This document shows positions 1-12,198 of a stretch of 64,000 nucleotides of DNA, in pieces. The notes beneath the pieces are model-generated. The model ran no database searches. It had not been told where the DNA came from and saw nothing but the letters and a program-made list of their open reading frames with translations. The position numbers and the translations under genes were made by a program. Numbering within the stretch: the stretch's first letter is position 1; the number at the start of each line of letters is the position of its first letter. The stretch is from Xylographa opegraphella (taxonomy: Eukaryota), in assembly GCA_022813865.1 (NCBI GenBank), contig JALDZX010000004.1:124001-188000 (forward strand). The letters run 5' to 3'.

Positions 1-1016
1 AGCCTCACAATTGACGGGGAAGAACCATCTCTGCCAGCTTCATCGCACTCACAGCCAAGACCCTCTGGTTATATCGAAGTGAACTCTGCTCATTTTACAG
101 TTGAACATATTGAAGACGTGTCGCCGGTAAATTTGTTATCTGGTATATGCAGCTCGTCGGTACCTAATCCACGAGTTGGAACGTCCGGAACAGCTGTAGC
201 AGCCAAAGACCGAGTGAACAGTGAAGAATTACCTAATTTAACAGCATCGTCTTCAGAACCAATGAACACATCCTCCAGCTCTGTCGTTAGCATGGTCGAG
301 CACTTTGGGGTTTCCTCAGCGGGTGATGCATCGCGCAGTACAGGACGTCCATTGTTCCAGGATCCACAAGAGATTGATCTACCAATTCCTGTTTGTCCTT
401 CTTCCCCTCGGCCAGCGGCAGCACGACTTCCCCAAAAAGCACCAGTATTGTCGGAAGGCAATGACTCGTCGGACTCGCGTAATGCACTCTTAAAGTCGAT
501 ATATATTTCCGATTCTCTCCCAGGAGCGAAGAACTTAGAACAAACAAGGCATGAATGTCTACCTTTCACTGTCTCGGCCCTGTTGAAGCGCAGCCGTGCC
601 GAGTCCAATTCATCTCTAATACGGCCCTCGACTCGGTTACGCATCTCTTCCCCTGTTCGAGAGTCCAGCATACACCAAGATAACAGTGATGTAAGAAACA
701 TTCAAGAAAATCACCATACACCTGACTCATTCTCATCGCTGTCAAGTTCGGCTCCAGTCAGCCATCCCCATAACATTGCTAAGGCTCGCAGAAGTACATC
801 CAGTAAATCTAGACTCCTGGCCAAGATGGACCGGTACCTTGCGCGTGTTAAACGGCTCCCGGACGCAAAAGTGCAGCAGATAAAACCCTGGACTCAAGAC
901 ACAGTGGAAGCCGCAGCTTGGAAATTTCGAGCGAGCCCTCGAGTGTTTTTGTGGTCTAAACGTCAAGATCGAGAACAAAGAAAACGACTAAATGCTAACC
1001 AAATGTCATATACTAG
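1..1016 (+). other. Stop-free, Ser/Pro-rich reading frame (>338 codons) in frame with the DCN1 exon; either intron-located or an alternative N-terminal extension
   Basis: Frame +1 is open from base 1 to the DCN1 stop at 1758. The translation is low-complexity and unlike the DCN1 UBA domain. Confidence 0.5.
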
Positions 1017-1758
1017 ATATTTTCAGAATCCCTCAGCCTCCACAGGCAAATCAGGCACCACGTCCTCACTCAACAAACTCTTTGACAAATATAGAGGTAC
1101 ATTCATCCTTTTTTTTCTCTCCCCTAGCTTACCCAACTCACGTCCAACCTTAGATGACCCTGAATCCCCCGACACGATCGGCGCTGCCGGCACAATGAAA
1201 TACCTTATGGACCTCACACTCTCCCTCGACGAGCCTGTCGTCCTCGCCATCCTCACTGAACTCTCGGCCCCCACGATGGGCGAGCTTACCCGTGAAGGTT
1301 TCCTCGCTGGCTGGCGCGCCCTCGGCGCCGACTCTCTTCCCAAGCAAACCGCCGTTCTCCCACACCTGCGCGGCCAGCTGTCCGCCAACCCGGACTACTT
1401 CCGACGCGTTTACAAGCACACCTTCCTGCTCGCGCGCACACCGGGCCAGAAAGGTGTGGCCCTCGACACAGCAATCGAATTTTGGCGGCTGCTTTTTGGG
1501 AGCAGTGGCATACAGTGGAGGGGCCGCGACGGGACCGACTGGCTGGGCTTGTGGTGCGGCTTCGTGGAGGAACGGTGGAAGAAGAGCGTCAGCAAGGATA
1601 TGTGGGACCAGACGGGCGTGTTTGCGCTGAAGAGCTTGGAGGACGGCACGATGGCGTGGTGGAGCGAGGACGGGGCGTGGCCGGGCGTGCTGGATGAGTT
1701 TGTGGTGTTTGTGAGGGAGAGGAGGGGCGATGGTGGGGATGGTATGGATGTCGAGTGA
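1017..1758 (+). CDS. DCN1: DCN1 (defective in cullin neddylation 1, NEDD8 E3), 3' exons; the UBA-like first exon probably lies upstream of the window
   Basis: PONY/cullin-binding domain motifs (LNKLFDKYR, FRRVYKHTF, TAIEFWRLLF, SVSKDMWDQT, EDGAWPGVLDEFV). Branch GCTAAC ~994 and acceptor TAG 1014-1016. Intron 1097-1153 (GTACAT..TAG). Exons 1017-1096 and 1154-1758. Confidence 0.93.
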
Positions 1759-3660
1759 AAGGGAGGGCAGCAGAAAGAAGGGCTTGGGAACTTGCGACTC
1801 GCATTGGGGCTGTTCGTGGATAGAGCTTTACGCATGGCTTCGGGGGTCATCGGGGTACGGCTCACGTGGTGCTGCTGGGTGACTTGCGTATTTGCATGGC
1901 TGGGCGTTGGTATTGCGGAGCGTTTTAGATTCAGGACTTTTCGAGACGTGTATTTCCTCGTATTTAGTATCTATTCAGTGTCGCTGAACTCCGTGAGTTG
2001 CCGGCTGCTCTGGATGCGTGAGTCCTACCTGGCGACGGGGTTTACGGTCTACGAGATGATTCTCTGCTGAAATCCCACGTTTCATTATATTGGCCTTCTC
2101 TGTATCTGAACCTAACCTTTCCCCACTGGAAAAGACTGCCGGAAAACATTACACAACCATGCCCTATTACTTGGCTTGGCCAGCGGCCGACTCGTCTGCG
2201 CCGAGAAACGAATCGTACCGGAAGTGTAGGTCGTGTCGACGACCCTCGAATCTGTGTACGTGACACATCCTCGGCCACATCCCGTCAATCGAAGAGTCCT
2301 CATCGGAGAACTTCCGGTGACAGACTCCGAAAGAAATCCCCACCGAGTTCTCAACCGCAAACACCGAGCAAGCGGAAGACGGTCACAGAGTCCGTGTGGC
2401 GAAAAGCTCGTCAAGATTTCGTGAAAGCATAAAGCGTGCTGATGTGTTGCTTGATGGCGGCTGCTGTGATATGGGTAAGGGCCAAGTGAGAGGGAGAGGT
2501 GCATGGAACAGTTGGGAGTTTGGCTTGATTCTTGCTAAGTGGTGGTATTGGAGATGAATAGGTGGCGATCCTCGATGGACTGAGGTTGTTCGTTGCAGGG
2601 TAATGGCAGTCTTCCGATTGATGGGCCTTCACCACTCGCCCATCTCACCCATGACACGTACCGACCTGAAGCTTGGTGCTTCCGTATCATTCTCACAGAC
2701 CGTCATCTCAGCTTACTGCTCGGTCCACCTTCGGGCGCATCGGATGAAAGTAAAGAAGCATTGTCGGTTTTATGGTAAGAATTACCCACCTGGCAAAGTT
2801 GAGCGACTGCTTACTGCGATTGCATCGTTGCCTCACGGAACACAATTGGCGCCATCAAGATAGTCCATCACGGCTCTATTGTCTCGAGAACGGCGGCTCG
2901 AGCACAAGGCATCATGAGCGCATCCGGCTTTCCAGTTCAAATCCCCACAGAGAGAGCGACTCGCCACAACGAACCTCACATCTGCTTCTCTCCGTTATGC
3001 GTCGCCCACGGACGAACACGCGCTCAACCATCCATCTGTAGGGCATGTCCCAAGGCTCCACGCTTTTGGTGCACCTGCCAGTTACGGAACAGCCAATTGC
3101 GCATTACAAGTACTCGGATAGGAGCATCCATGCTGAATTCAGCCATGACAAATCGCTCTGCAGCCGCATGCGGACTGCCTTTCATCGCCACCAACGTCGA
3201 TGATTCGGGTTTACAGAATCACATTGCACTCTTCGATAGTTTGATATTCTGCGTGGCTGGACCGATTGTTGACTGGCCGATTGCACCCACGATCCCACTT
3301 ATACAAAACGCCGAGGCTTCTTCTCGGGGATCAAACCCGGAGATGGCACTGGATGCAGGAATATGACTCAACAGCTGGTGTACAAGCCCACCAACAATGT
3401 CTAAGACCGAGTATGCAAGGACTACCATGCCGCGGTATTAGCGTGATAATAGACCTCGCCCCGAACCTATAAGTCGATAATGCAATCACATGCCAGTCAT
3501 GTTTCCGGGAGGAGAATCCCCCCCGTCTCTACTCAGTCGTACATGCCCACTACTCTTTTCAAACGGGACCGGTTGCATTGTCGAAGTGCCGCCCCCAGCG
3601 CGACCCGTGCCTGGGCCATACGCGGGTACCCATGACTCGGGTAATGGCTGTTGATGCTAC

Positions 3661-3939
3661 TCAGCATATCGAATTTCCCTTGCCACGCCACCGTCCTCGC
3701 ACGCGTTGAAGCTGGCGCAAAACGTCCTTGACTGGGCCTTTTAGTTCGGAAAAGTTATATAGTGTTCGGTGACCGGTGGGGCGCCAACAGTAAACGGAGT
3801 CGCGTCGCATCTCGAAGCGGAACTGTAGAAGCCAGATATTAAGCACTTTCATGCATGTGAGGAAGTGAAAGCTTACTTCATCCAGGCGGATATCTTGGAT
3901 GATTTGCTCCCGAACTGGGTCTGTGCCCGCATGCAACAT
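3661..3939 (-). CDS. Possible small two-exon hypothetical protein (~74 aa) or gene remnant
   Basis: ATG (MLHAGTDPVREQ...), canonical GTAAGC donor at 3876 and CAG acceptor at 3823 (54-nt in-frame intron). No family recognised. Confidence 0.25.
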   Translation of the reverse strand: MLHAGTDPVREQIIQDIRLDEVSFHFLTCMKVLNIWLLQFRFEMRRDSVYCWRPTGHRTLYNFSELKGPVKDVLRQLQRVRGRWRGKGNSIC

Positions 3940-4518
3940 TGACGTGTCCTCCTGTGCTGCATCTTCCCGCGTGAGATCTGCAGGCCAAGGCAATTGACAT
4001 CATCTTGTGAAGGTCGTGTATCAACAGGTCCTACTGTGGCAGGATGAACGATGAATAAGATGTAGTCAAAAAAGACTATGGGGTCGTGTCAGAATGCAAA
4101 CAGGAGGATATAAACCTTGGAGACGGATAACTTTGTTTGGCGAGTTCCCAGGTGGCAAACTGCTGAATTTCGTTGTGGCAAGATGAGTTGGAATCGAACA
4201 TATATACTCCAGCGCTCCTATCAATGTAATAGACGCCTCTTGCTACGGGAACAATTAGTGTACACAGAGTTGTAATGATTGCCACCAGACCAGCAACCCC
4301 AGTCCTTGAAACCGGGGTGTTTCATACCGCTCGGTTCAATTCAGGCAGCAAAACATATGACCAACACAGAAAGGCTAATGCAAGTCGTTATAGAAGGACA
4401 CCATCGACCGATTACCAGAGAACCCAAGCACTTTGCTAAGCCCCTTTATAACGAGTCGGAGATTTCGACACCAGTCATTTGTGCTGAGTGTCAAGCCCTA
4501 AGCATAGAGCTCGCATTC

Positions 4519-6716
4519 TCATCCATTGCTTGGCCCGCTATTGAAGTCCGGTTCTCCGCCTTTCCATTCCGCGAGCGGTGCCGACCCCGGCATTTCTTCA
4601 CCGCTGGACAGCTTTAGTCTCGGCAGAACATCACTCTCCCAGACATAACTCGGACGTTGATTAGTGAGAGTTTCTTGGTTCTCAGTCTGTAGCGCGTCTC
4701 GTTCAGCCAGGCCCAAGAATTGGCGTCCCGTCTCGTATAGCCACATTCCGGCACCATAAACTGCTTGTATGAGCGGATTTTGTCCTTCGTTGTGAGTCTG
4801 AGAGCTATCAATTTCGGGCGTGGGTCGCACGACCCATTTTTGGCGTACGCGCTCAGCTTTCTCTTCGTCGACCAGGACAAGCGCGCCACTATGCCAGCCA
4901 GCGGCGGTGATTTTGAGAGCAAAATATGCACCTTTATCTGCATCGGCATCGTAAGTCTTATCGTTTATCATTGTTGCGCTGGGGCCCATATGCCACACTC
5001 TGCCTTCTCGCTCGAGCCATTCTCCCCAGACTTGGCACGCTTCTTCATCGGCAGCCCTGATGAGCCCAAGACGTTCTTCCGCTTCGTTTTCGTGGCCCTT
5101 ATTATTGCTAAGATGGCTTAGCCACAAAAGCTTTTCTTGCTCAAACCAGACGGTTCGTCGCCCATTGCGGCTCCATGATGGAAGGGAAAGCCGACGGTCC
5201 CCATTTGAAGGAACTGCACCACGTATGTTTGCCAGGTTCATAGATGAAAGGCCAAAAGCTCCGCAGCCTCGTGGTTCCGTACCGTAAGATGAGATGGTTC
5301 CGTCAGAGTGTAAAGCGTGGAAGTGGTAGTCGCCAAAGGCGAGGGAGATGACTGATGATTTCTGGAGAGCTGGAAGCAATTTGGGCTGATGACGTTCGTC
5401 GAGAGGCTGATAAATTGTGGATTGTGATGTGTCAACGAAAGCTTTGAGAAGATCTGAGTTTCCGAGAAGAACGGTTCCATTACTGGAGAAAACACCAAAA
5501 TTGCACATCTGGCCTTGTATGTCTTCAATGTGAAAATCGGAAGAATTCTCAGAAAAGGTTGTGAGTTCAATGGGTTCAGCTATCACACTATCCAGGTCTA
5601 CTGGATACACAAAGACTTTGTTCTTGTGAGTAATGAAGACGATGTAATGATCGAGAACGATATGGTTGATGACTTCGCCTATTCGGGTGTCCAAGCTTGG
5701 TTCTCCCCGCGATTGTGCCTGATGACGCTCATACGATGTTCCAGGCACGACCTTCGATTGTGTTAGATAGCCATCTGTTTCACTGTCCTCCCCAGATCCG
5801 GGCATATTTTTCCAAAAGACAATACCGCATCCATTGACATATGCCGAGCTTCCAGCCCAACCTATAGTTTGATCAGTTAGGACCTGCCACGATACAGACA
5901 AGATGCTACAAACCTGCGGCAACACGCGTCACGCTTCCTCTAGCTTGTCGATTCTCCGTTATATCCACTGATATAAACCTCACAAACTTGGCTTTTAGGT
6001 TGTTATTTGACCATTCCCATATTTTGCCAGAGTCTGAGAGCCCAAGAACATGGGATCGGCCGACAGAATACCGACTTATCGCTGTCGCTGGATCATACCT
6101 ATCTTTCGTAGTCGGGGGATAACCGGGTGGGAATGTCAGTCGTGTAGGATCGGCTGTTGAGCGAGATGGAAACCTTTCCGCGTTGAGAGCGCCGATTAAA
6201 AAGAGCTGTCCAACAGGGTTCAAGAGCACAGTTGACCAGCCACTAACAGCAAGTTGCGTTCAGCTTTGACTGTAATTATACTGTCGGGCCTTGCAGTACT
6301 CACCCGCATTGAACGTCAGACACAATGCCAACTGCAGTCTCATTCTGGATCTTCGATGGTACTGCAGCTGACTGATAGCGAAGGTGGCCTGGTCCGCGCC
6401 TCAATGTGCGGCCTGGAGGGCGTTGCAGTACCTGGGTGACGTGGCCCAGGTTACCCTTCTCATTATTGCCCCAAGTAAAGACGTGTGACTGAGTGGCCAG
6501 ACTCTTGTAAAGCCATTGCCAGCGGGCGCCATCGGTTCGGAGAAGTGGCTGAGGAGGAAGACGGAAGGTTTCGGCGGTCAAGCCGTGCCAGAACGATGGC
6601 TCTTGGCGAAAGGTGAGAAGCGCTTTGCAGGAGCTTGTTAGTGAAAGGAAGTCTGGGGCACTGAGGTATGGAAATATCAGCACAAGGACGTCTATTGGGA
6701 GCTCGGTGAGAGGCAT
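4519..6716 (-). CDS. SAF1: F-box + RCC1/BLIP-II repeat protein (SCF-associated factor 1-like)
   Basis: N-terminal F-box (LTELPIDVLVLIFPYL) and RCC1 repeats (VQCGGWST, VGRSHVLGL, LAFGDYHFHAL, ITAAGWHSGAL). Exons 6716-6304, 6242-5914, 5861-4519. Confidence 0.88.
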
Positions 6717-7378
6717 GATGAGGTTTATGCTGGTTATCCTTCGAGGTTTTGGTCGTAGTCAAAAGCCGTTGGACCGGAATAGGGTATGACGTCGCCGTTC
6801 ATAGGTCCTACCTACCTTAGGCTCCTAAGGCCCTAAGCGGCACCCCAAGCCCGCTTAATCTTTCCTTAACCCGAGGAATACTTTTAAGGTTGCCCGAGAT
6901 AATTATTATTCGAAGACTAGATATATTGGAGCATTCGGTAGCTGGCGCCTGCGTAATTTTCATTGTTGGATCTGAATAAGAGGTTTGGTCCGCTGGAGCA
7001 TATAAGCGAAACGGTTTTGGTTGCTTGCAGATAGCGAACTAAAGTCAAAAGCCTGAGTATATATCAATTTTTCACGATGTTGGTGGAGCGGAGCTGTAAT
7101 TTAAGATGGGGAAAGCAAACGTGAGATTGTTAAAATGTATAAGGATCGATGATCCTAGGTTAATTGTAGACCCGAAAGTATGATGTACATAAAAGGCGAT
7201 CAATCCATCACCAAAGCCAATCCGAAAAGAACCGACCGCAAACATAATTCGATGAGCAAAATATTGCAAGCCCAACTGCACCATCAAAAGCAGTCCGAAA
7301 GTCGTCTCTGAAGTAACTGTCAAGTTGAGGGAAGATAACTATACCAAGCTCCTCAGGATTAATAATCCTAACACGTTT

Positions 7379-9137
7379 TCAATCTCTCCGCTTGGTGACA
7401 GTCACCCGGAGGCCTGTAGTTGTGCCCTGCGGGAATACTTCCAGCATACCTTCCTTACTGCAATACTCCGGGTCACAGTTTGAAAAGGCCATCGTGTAAT
7501 TACGAAACACATTCGCCACACCGCGGAAGACGATCTCGTATGCCATTGGGCGGCCCGCACAGCTGCGCGACCCGTTGCCAAACGGGTTCCAAAATCTCTC
7601 AAGTTTTTCAACATCGCCTGTAAGCCAACGCTCAGGCTTGAATTTGGTTGCTTCGACGAAGATGCTTTCGTCTTGGTGGAAGAAATTTGGGCTCATGCTG
7701 ATGGGGGTGTTGGCAGGGATGAGGAAGTCCTTGTATTGTACCGCAGCCCTGTTGACCCGAGGAATTCGAAAGTCGCCACCACGTTGTAAACGTATGCCTT
7801 CCTTGCAAACGGCCCACAGGTAGGGGATGGCTTGAAGCTGAGCATAGCTAGCGGAGCTTAGGTTCACGTCCGAATCCTTGAGCACGGCGTACAACTTGTC
7901 CATGGTGTCAGGATTCACCATTAGATGAAAGCAGATATTGGAAAGAGAATGGCCCAGCACCTCGCGGCCACCCCAAAGTAGCTCCATGAATTCCTCGATG
8001 GCGGCTTTACATCTTTCGTCGCGGTAAGAAGGATCATGGTCAACCATCTTGTAGAGAAGCGCATGGTTGTACTCAGGTCTTGCATTGGCGTCGTGATCGA
8101 ATATGAGTCTGCGAATCATGTGCTCAATCTCACGACTGCACTTGACCATGGGCACGACGGATGCACAGACCCAATCGGGGATCAAGTCTTGGAGATGTAT
8201 CAGAAGTGGAAAATGGCGAGTCCAAGAAGCAGCTCTAAAGAGAGGGTGGAAGAATACATCAGCGTCCCTCGCAAAGTCCCAGGAGTCCCGGTTCGGGCCG
8301 TCATAGTGCTCACCGAGCAAGAAGTTTCGCAAGACTTCGTTGGCAGTCTTGCGAAAGATCTTGGAAAGATTGAGTTCTTCTTTCTCCTCTGCACTCTTTT
8401 CAAACTGTCTGATGAGAGTCTGAATTTCCTTTGTCATCATCGGGTAAGCCGTCCTCCAGTAGGAGCCTCTGAAGCAATTGGCAAGATTGGTCTGACGTTC
8501 CTTGTGCTTCTCTTTGTTTTCAAGCACGAAGAGAGCATTGCGGAATCCAAAATAATAGTACCAGGGGTCCTTCTCCAGCTTCTTATCGTGCATGAAATAT
8601 TCGATATTGAATTCGGAATCATTGAGGCTAATCTCTTCGGGGCTAATTCGGACTATTGAACCATATTGCTTGTGCAGTTCCTTGATCTTTGCTGGGAACT
8701 TGGTATGCTGAAGGCCTTGGTACCAAAACTCGTAGCCACGGGTGGCAGCAGCGATTTTCGGTCCCGGAACCTTTGCAAGAGGGTGGAAGTAAAGCCTGTG
8801 TATCACGGTAACGATAGTATTCATCACCAAAATGCCCAATATACAGGCCGCAAAAATGACGAAACTGAGTTTCGAGAGCAGATTCTGTGCCACATATTTA
8901 ACCACTGTGAAGGTTCTGGACGATATAGCTTACTTCGACTATCGATCTTGTCACAGACTCCTGTACCGTTATATTTTCTCCCAAGCTATACAATCCTGTA
9001 AATTTATTCGTTAAGATTGCTAGGGTATTAGAGGAGGCATTGAATGCCACGACTTTAAGTGTTTGCATCCCAACGGAAAGTATGAAACCGTCGTTGAAGA
9101 AACCTTCCGGGGACATCACTGCCGCATGACTGGACAT
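7379..9137 (-). CDS. Cytochrome P450 (resembles the CYP58/trichodiene-oxygenase-like clan) with an atypical I-helix
   Basis: HPLAKVPGP hinge, EGIR (ExxR), FKPERW and FGNGSRSCAG heme motif. The listed ORF starts at GTG; a phase-0 intron 8933-8885 (GTAAGC..CAG) joins an ATG exon at 9137-8934. Confidence 0.93.
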
Positions 9138-9728
9138 AGCGCGTCTACTCCTGAATAAATAGTTCCAAGTGCTAAATGATTCCGCCCGAAGGAAGGATAG
9201 GTAAGTTAACTTTGTATGTTGTGCAAATATGCGCCAGATATCGAAGCCGGATTTTATTTTGAGAAGATCATAATATCAGGCCTGTAACCATGGTAATGAT
9301 GGAGGTGAAGTAGAACGACAGGCATTCATCGAGGCTTGTATATGCGGTCAAGACATGCCCGTATCCATTCTCGGCACGCTCTTTCTGCGCCTACCCGTTG
9401 TGGCTCGACGCAGTTGAATCTTCTGCCAGATCATGTTTCATACGGGGCGATAGCAGAGATTCACCAACATTCTCATTTGGTCATGAGCTGCCCACGACGC
9501 ATTGTTGCATAAGTTTGGAAAAGGACAATCATGAACTGGAAAGCTCGCTGAGATTACTCTTCAAAGGAACATCTCCGAAGATCCGCCATGAACGTGCATG
9601 TAAGGTAGGTACGGGTTCCTTGGGAAGAAGAACCTTCCAAGTGGAAGACACCGCCCATTTCCCACTAATAGGAATATATAGAAATTAATACATCGATCTA
9701 TCAGAACGGAGAACCATGCCCTGTCCTC

Positions 9729-9761
9729 ATGAAGGACAGAAAACGATGAAGGACAGAAAAC
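9729..9761. repeat. Tandem duplication of ATGAAGGACAGAAAAC (two copies, period 17)
   Basis: Directly visible at 9729-9744 and 9746-9761. Confidence 0.85.
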
Positions 9762-10963
9762 AGAGAAGCTGGAGCTGAATCGACATCGGTTCCCGTAAGC
9801 TGGATGATGGCTATATCATTCAGGAGTTCGTAATGACCAGCGGAGGAAAGCACCGCCATGGATTGTAAGCACCGCTATTAGCACAAAAGAAGCCGCTATG
9901 ATCATCTCAGAAGCGACTACACCAGCACAAATGTAACATCACGCTGCAAGTTACCTGCTGTCCAGTTTTCAAGGTTCAACCTGTACAAAATGTGCTTTTT
10001 AGTAGACCGTGTCTTGATCAGGTGTCCAAGCACGTCGCTGTTGCATAAGGAGGTTCGCTCTAGACAGCCAAGAATTACCATTTTACCGACGTGATCAATC
10101 AACATATTTTTGCTCCAAGCTAATGATAGTCGGTGTCCTCAAAGGCAGGAGAGAGCTGCAATCCCAACCCAGAAGCAACACCACAACATGACGAGTCATT
10201 TGAACTTGAGAGAGATTGAAGCGATTTGTAGCGATTCATGCATTTGAAGGCATTGAGAAAGCCACGAAAGTGATAGCTAAACGTGCGATTGAATACATAG
10301 TAAAACGATAGAGTTGATAGCAGACACGCAATGTTTGGGACGTCCGGAATGAAGCCTCAGAAGTTGGCGCACTAGCCCCGCACGGGTTAGTACTGCATGA
10401 TCAGCAGTGGTACACAGGCACTAGTGTTATCCTAGCATCGGGGATGGGAGCAACGTCAAAGCACTCACCCACCTGCCCTCGGCCTGGATTGAGCCTGATG
10501 GAGGCCCGCGGAGGATGTTCTGTACTCCAAAGGACCTCGGGTGCGAACTTGAAGCGCTCCCAAGCCCGTAACACAATATACTTAATATTGCATCCCTCGG
10601 AGCCCCGCTGGCTAAGCAGATCTCCATATCTAATGGCGCCTCGTTAAAAGAAGTGCATGATATGCTGAATACCAATTAGTAAGAATCGAGGTAGGCTACA
10701 CAAAGTAGTAGCAGGACGGGTCGCCTCAGGCTTCCTCAAAAGCTACGCCTGCGCCTCAAACCAGCGGATGCATTTCTTGTACTGTGAGCAATCAGGTAGC
10801 CCACTAAGATTACACGGTACTTTCTAATGGCCGGGACTTGATTGGGGTTGCTGCAATGTTTGTGTACATGCTTTAGAGTCCTGCTTTCCATCGATTCCAG
10901 AAATGTCCAGGATTGAGCATTTACTTTCGCTATAGACCAAGCGGCCCGGGCGTTCAGGAGCGC

Positions 10964-11992
10964 TCAGCACTCCTCAATGCCCACCATCTTCAAGCTATCT
11001 ACCCAAAGCTTATCCTCCTTTGCTCGATCATATGCCCAGGGTGCATAGCCCTCATCCATGACAACTATACCCTCCTTCCCCTGAAATGGACCCATCTCCA
11101 TACAATTGCTAAAGTAGCGTCCTCCCTTGCCCTCCCATTCCTTGCTAATGCCTGCGTATACTGTTGTCGCAGCACCCTGTGCCACGGTCTTCTCCCTGGC
11201 TTTTACAGAAGGTATTTCCCACATCGGTTCGGCTAGTTTGCGGACATGCATTGTCAAATTCGACCTTATAGCGCCAGGATGCAAACTCAGAGCATGCAGC
11301 CCTTCAGCACCAAACCTCCGGTCGATCGTGTTTGCCATATATATCGTCGCTGTTTTACTTTGGCCATAGGCTTTCATTGGATGGTAACCCTCTGTGAAGT
11401 TGTAGTCTTCAAAGCGGACTTCTCCCATGCGGTGGCTCTCAGACGCCACCATTACCACGCGAGAGTTATAGGCTAACGTACTGGAAGCCAGCAGCGCTGG
11501 CCTCAGCAGCTGGAAGAGCAAGAAATGCGAAAGGTAGTTCGTCGCGAATTGCGTCTCGTATCCATCACGCGTTAAGGCGTATGGTGTCGCCATGACACCC
11601 GCATTGCAGACGAGCAAATTCAATTTGTTCCCGCTCTGCTTCAGAAATGCTTCCGCGCCTTGACGAACTGAATCAAAGTCGTCTAGAGCCATGGCAATCA
11701 TACGTACTGGAGCTTTGTTAGTAGGATCGCTCTTGAAGATATCGTCGATGACCTTCTGCCCCTTGACTGTGTCGCGGACGGTAATGTATACCGTCGCGCC
11801 TGTAGCATGCAGGGCACGGGCTGTCTCGGCGCCGACGAAGGCACTGCCACCAGTGACCATGATGGTTTTGTCGTCCCATTTGCCTTCGAGTTTTTCGTCG
11901 TTGACAATGCCGAGCGCAGTGGGACGGGCATCGTTCGCACCTCGAGGGCTAGTGTGCACCGAGTAATATCTTGACGTTGGTGATCCGAGCAT
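10964..11992 (-). CDS. Short-chain dehydrogenase/reductase (retinol dehydrogenase/WWOX-like subgroup), intronless
   Basis: VTGGSAFVG Rossmann motif, LVCNAGVM, FATNYLSHFLL, catalytic YGQSK, LHPGAI, QGAATTVY. Confidence 0.93.
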   Translation of the reverse strand: MLGSPTSRYYSVHTSPRGANDARPTALGIVNDEKLEGKWDDKTIMVTGGSAFVGAETARALHATGATVYITVRDTVKGQKVIDDIFKSDPTNKAPVRMIAMALDDFDSVRQGAEAFLKQSGNKLNLLVCNAGVMATPYALTRDGYETQFATNYLSHFLLFQLLRPALLASSTLAYNSRVVMVASESHRMGEVRFEDYNFTEGYHPMKAYGQSKTATIYMANTIDRRFGAEGLHALSLHPGAIRSNLTMHVRKLAEPMWEIPSVKAREKTVAQGAATTVYAGISKEWEGKGGRYFSNCMEMGPFQGKEGIVVMDEGYAPWAYDRAKEDKLWVDSLKMVGIEEC

Positions 11993-12161
11993 TGTAGGCA
12001 GAAATCAGACTTTGATCGGGATAGGTGGAAGAAAAGGATAGTACTAGTCACATAACTTTCTTGATGAGGACAGAAGACGCGCAAACCCAATGGCTTCCAA
12101 CAGATAGATTTATACAGTATTGAGACGAGGAAATATCATAGCCAGTTCTATGTGATGTATC

Positions 12162-12198
12162 TGAGTCAACTTCAGCCATTGTCATATAAGATGAGTCA
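12162..12198. promoter_or_regulatory. Two TGAGTCA/TGACTCA (Gcn4/CpcA/AP-1-type bZIP) elements upstream of the SDR
   Basis: TGAGTCA at 12162-12168 and 12192-12198, about 170-200 bp 5' of the SDR ATG; TATAAA-like element on the minus strand at ~12109-12114. Confidence 0.45.

Noticed and set aside
2042..3472. Short ORFs between DCN1 and the SAF1-like gene
   Set aside because: No domain similarity or coherent exon chain.
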